Positions 63,476-64,000 of a stretch of 64,000 nt of DNA are shown here, piece by piece (position 1 is the first letter of the stretch; every line of letters starts with the position of its first letter). Source of the DNA: a virus. Lineage: Duplodnaviria; Caudoviricetes. Under the pieces are notes generated by a model. That model was not told where the DNA came from. It worked only from the letters and a program-made list of their open reading frames with translations, and did not search any database. The DNA is taken from positions 711 through 64,710 of the IMG/VR virus record IMGVR_UViG_3300033273_000677. One strand, given 5' to 3'. The translations under genes were made by a program, and so were the position numbers.

Positions 63476-64000
63476 ATGAGTGAAGTCTATTTGGGGAACC
63501 CAAACCTTAAGAAAGCAAATACACCAATTCAATTCACTGAGGAACAAGTCATTGAGTTCCTCAAGTGCAAAGAAGACCCGGTGTATTTTGCTAATAACTA
63601 TATTAAAATTGTTTCTCTTGATGAGGGTCTGACACAGTTTCACCCATATGATTTCCAAGAGAAACTAATTCATAATTTCCACAATAACAGATTTAATATC
63701 TGTAAGATGCCACGACAGACTGGTAAATCAACTACAGTCGTATCATATCTTTTGCATTATGCTGTATTCAATGACAGTGTAAACATTGGCATTCTGGCAA
63801 ACAAAGCAGCAACTGCTAGAGAACTTCTCAGTAGGTTACAAACTGCTTACGAAAACTTACCAAAATGGATGCAGCAGGGTATCATATCATGGAACAAAGG
63901 ATCAATGGAGTTGGAAAATGGCAGTAAGATATTGGCAGCTTCTACGTCTGCAAGTGCTGTCCGAGGTATGTCGTTCAACATCCTCTTTCTCGACGAGTTC
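63476..64000 (+). CDS. gp17: Terminase large subunit gp17 (partial, runs off the window)
   Basis: YLGNPNLK, DPVYF, Walker A PRQTGKST, ILANK, LENGS, FLDEF Walker B at the window end. Confidence 0.95.
   Translation, partial: MSEVYLGNPNLKKANTPIQFTEEQVIEFLKCKEDPVYFANNYIKIVSLDEGLTQFHPYDFQEKLIHNFHNNRFNICKMPRQTGKSTTVVSYLLHYAVFNDSVNIGILANKAATARELLSRLQTAYENLPKWMQQGIISWNKGSMELENGSKILAASTSASAVRGMSFNILFLDEF

Noticed and set aside
32907-64000. Stop-codon reassignment or inteins in the structural and terminase genes
   Set aside because: Very long ORFs are intact in the standard code, and no intein signature was seen in the visible part of gp17

Overview
A 64-kb segment of a T4-like cyanomyovirus (marine Synechococcus/Prochlorococcus-type phage), almost entirely + strand. 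From left to right: (i) a 2OG-Fe(II) oxygenase, then a tRNA cluster (Ile-UAU, a tRNA-like RNA with a truncated anticodon arm, Met/Ile-CAU, Val-UAC, and Leu-UAA interrupted by a 198-nt group I intron), followed by an M20 amidohydrolase; (ii) two tail-fibre genes; (iii) a ~20-kb accessory/early region (10.5-30.5 kb) of small ORFs with CP12, glutaredoxin, an SF2 helicase plus nuclease pair, a restriction-modification-like cassette bracketed by 54-bp direct repeats, an inverted GIY-YIG plus oxygenase insert, an iteron-like ACGAG array and a ligase-like protein. This region is punctuated by ten copies of a 24-bp palindrome, nine of them 27-29 nt upstream of a -10 box; (iv) the structural block gp25-gp6-gp7-gp8-(VrlC-like)-fibre-gp13-gp14-gp15-gp16-...-gp17 (partial). 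All calls come from reading motifs by eye; no database search was run.
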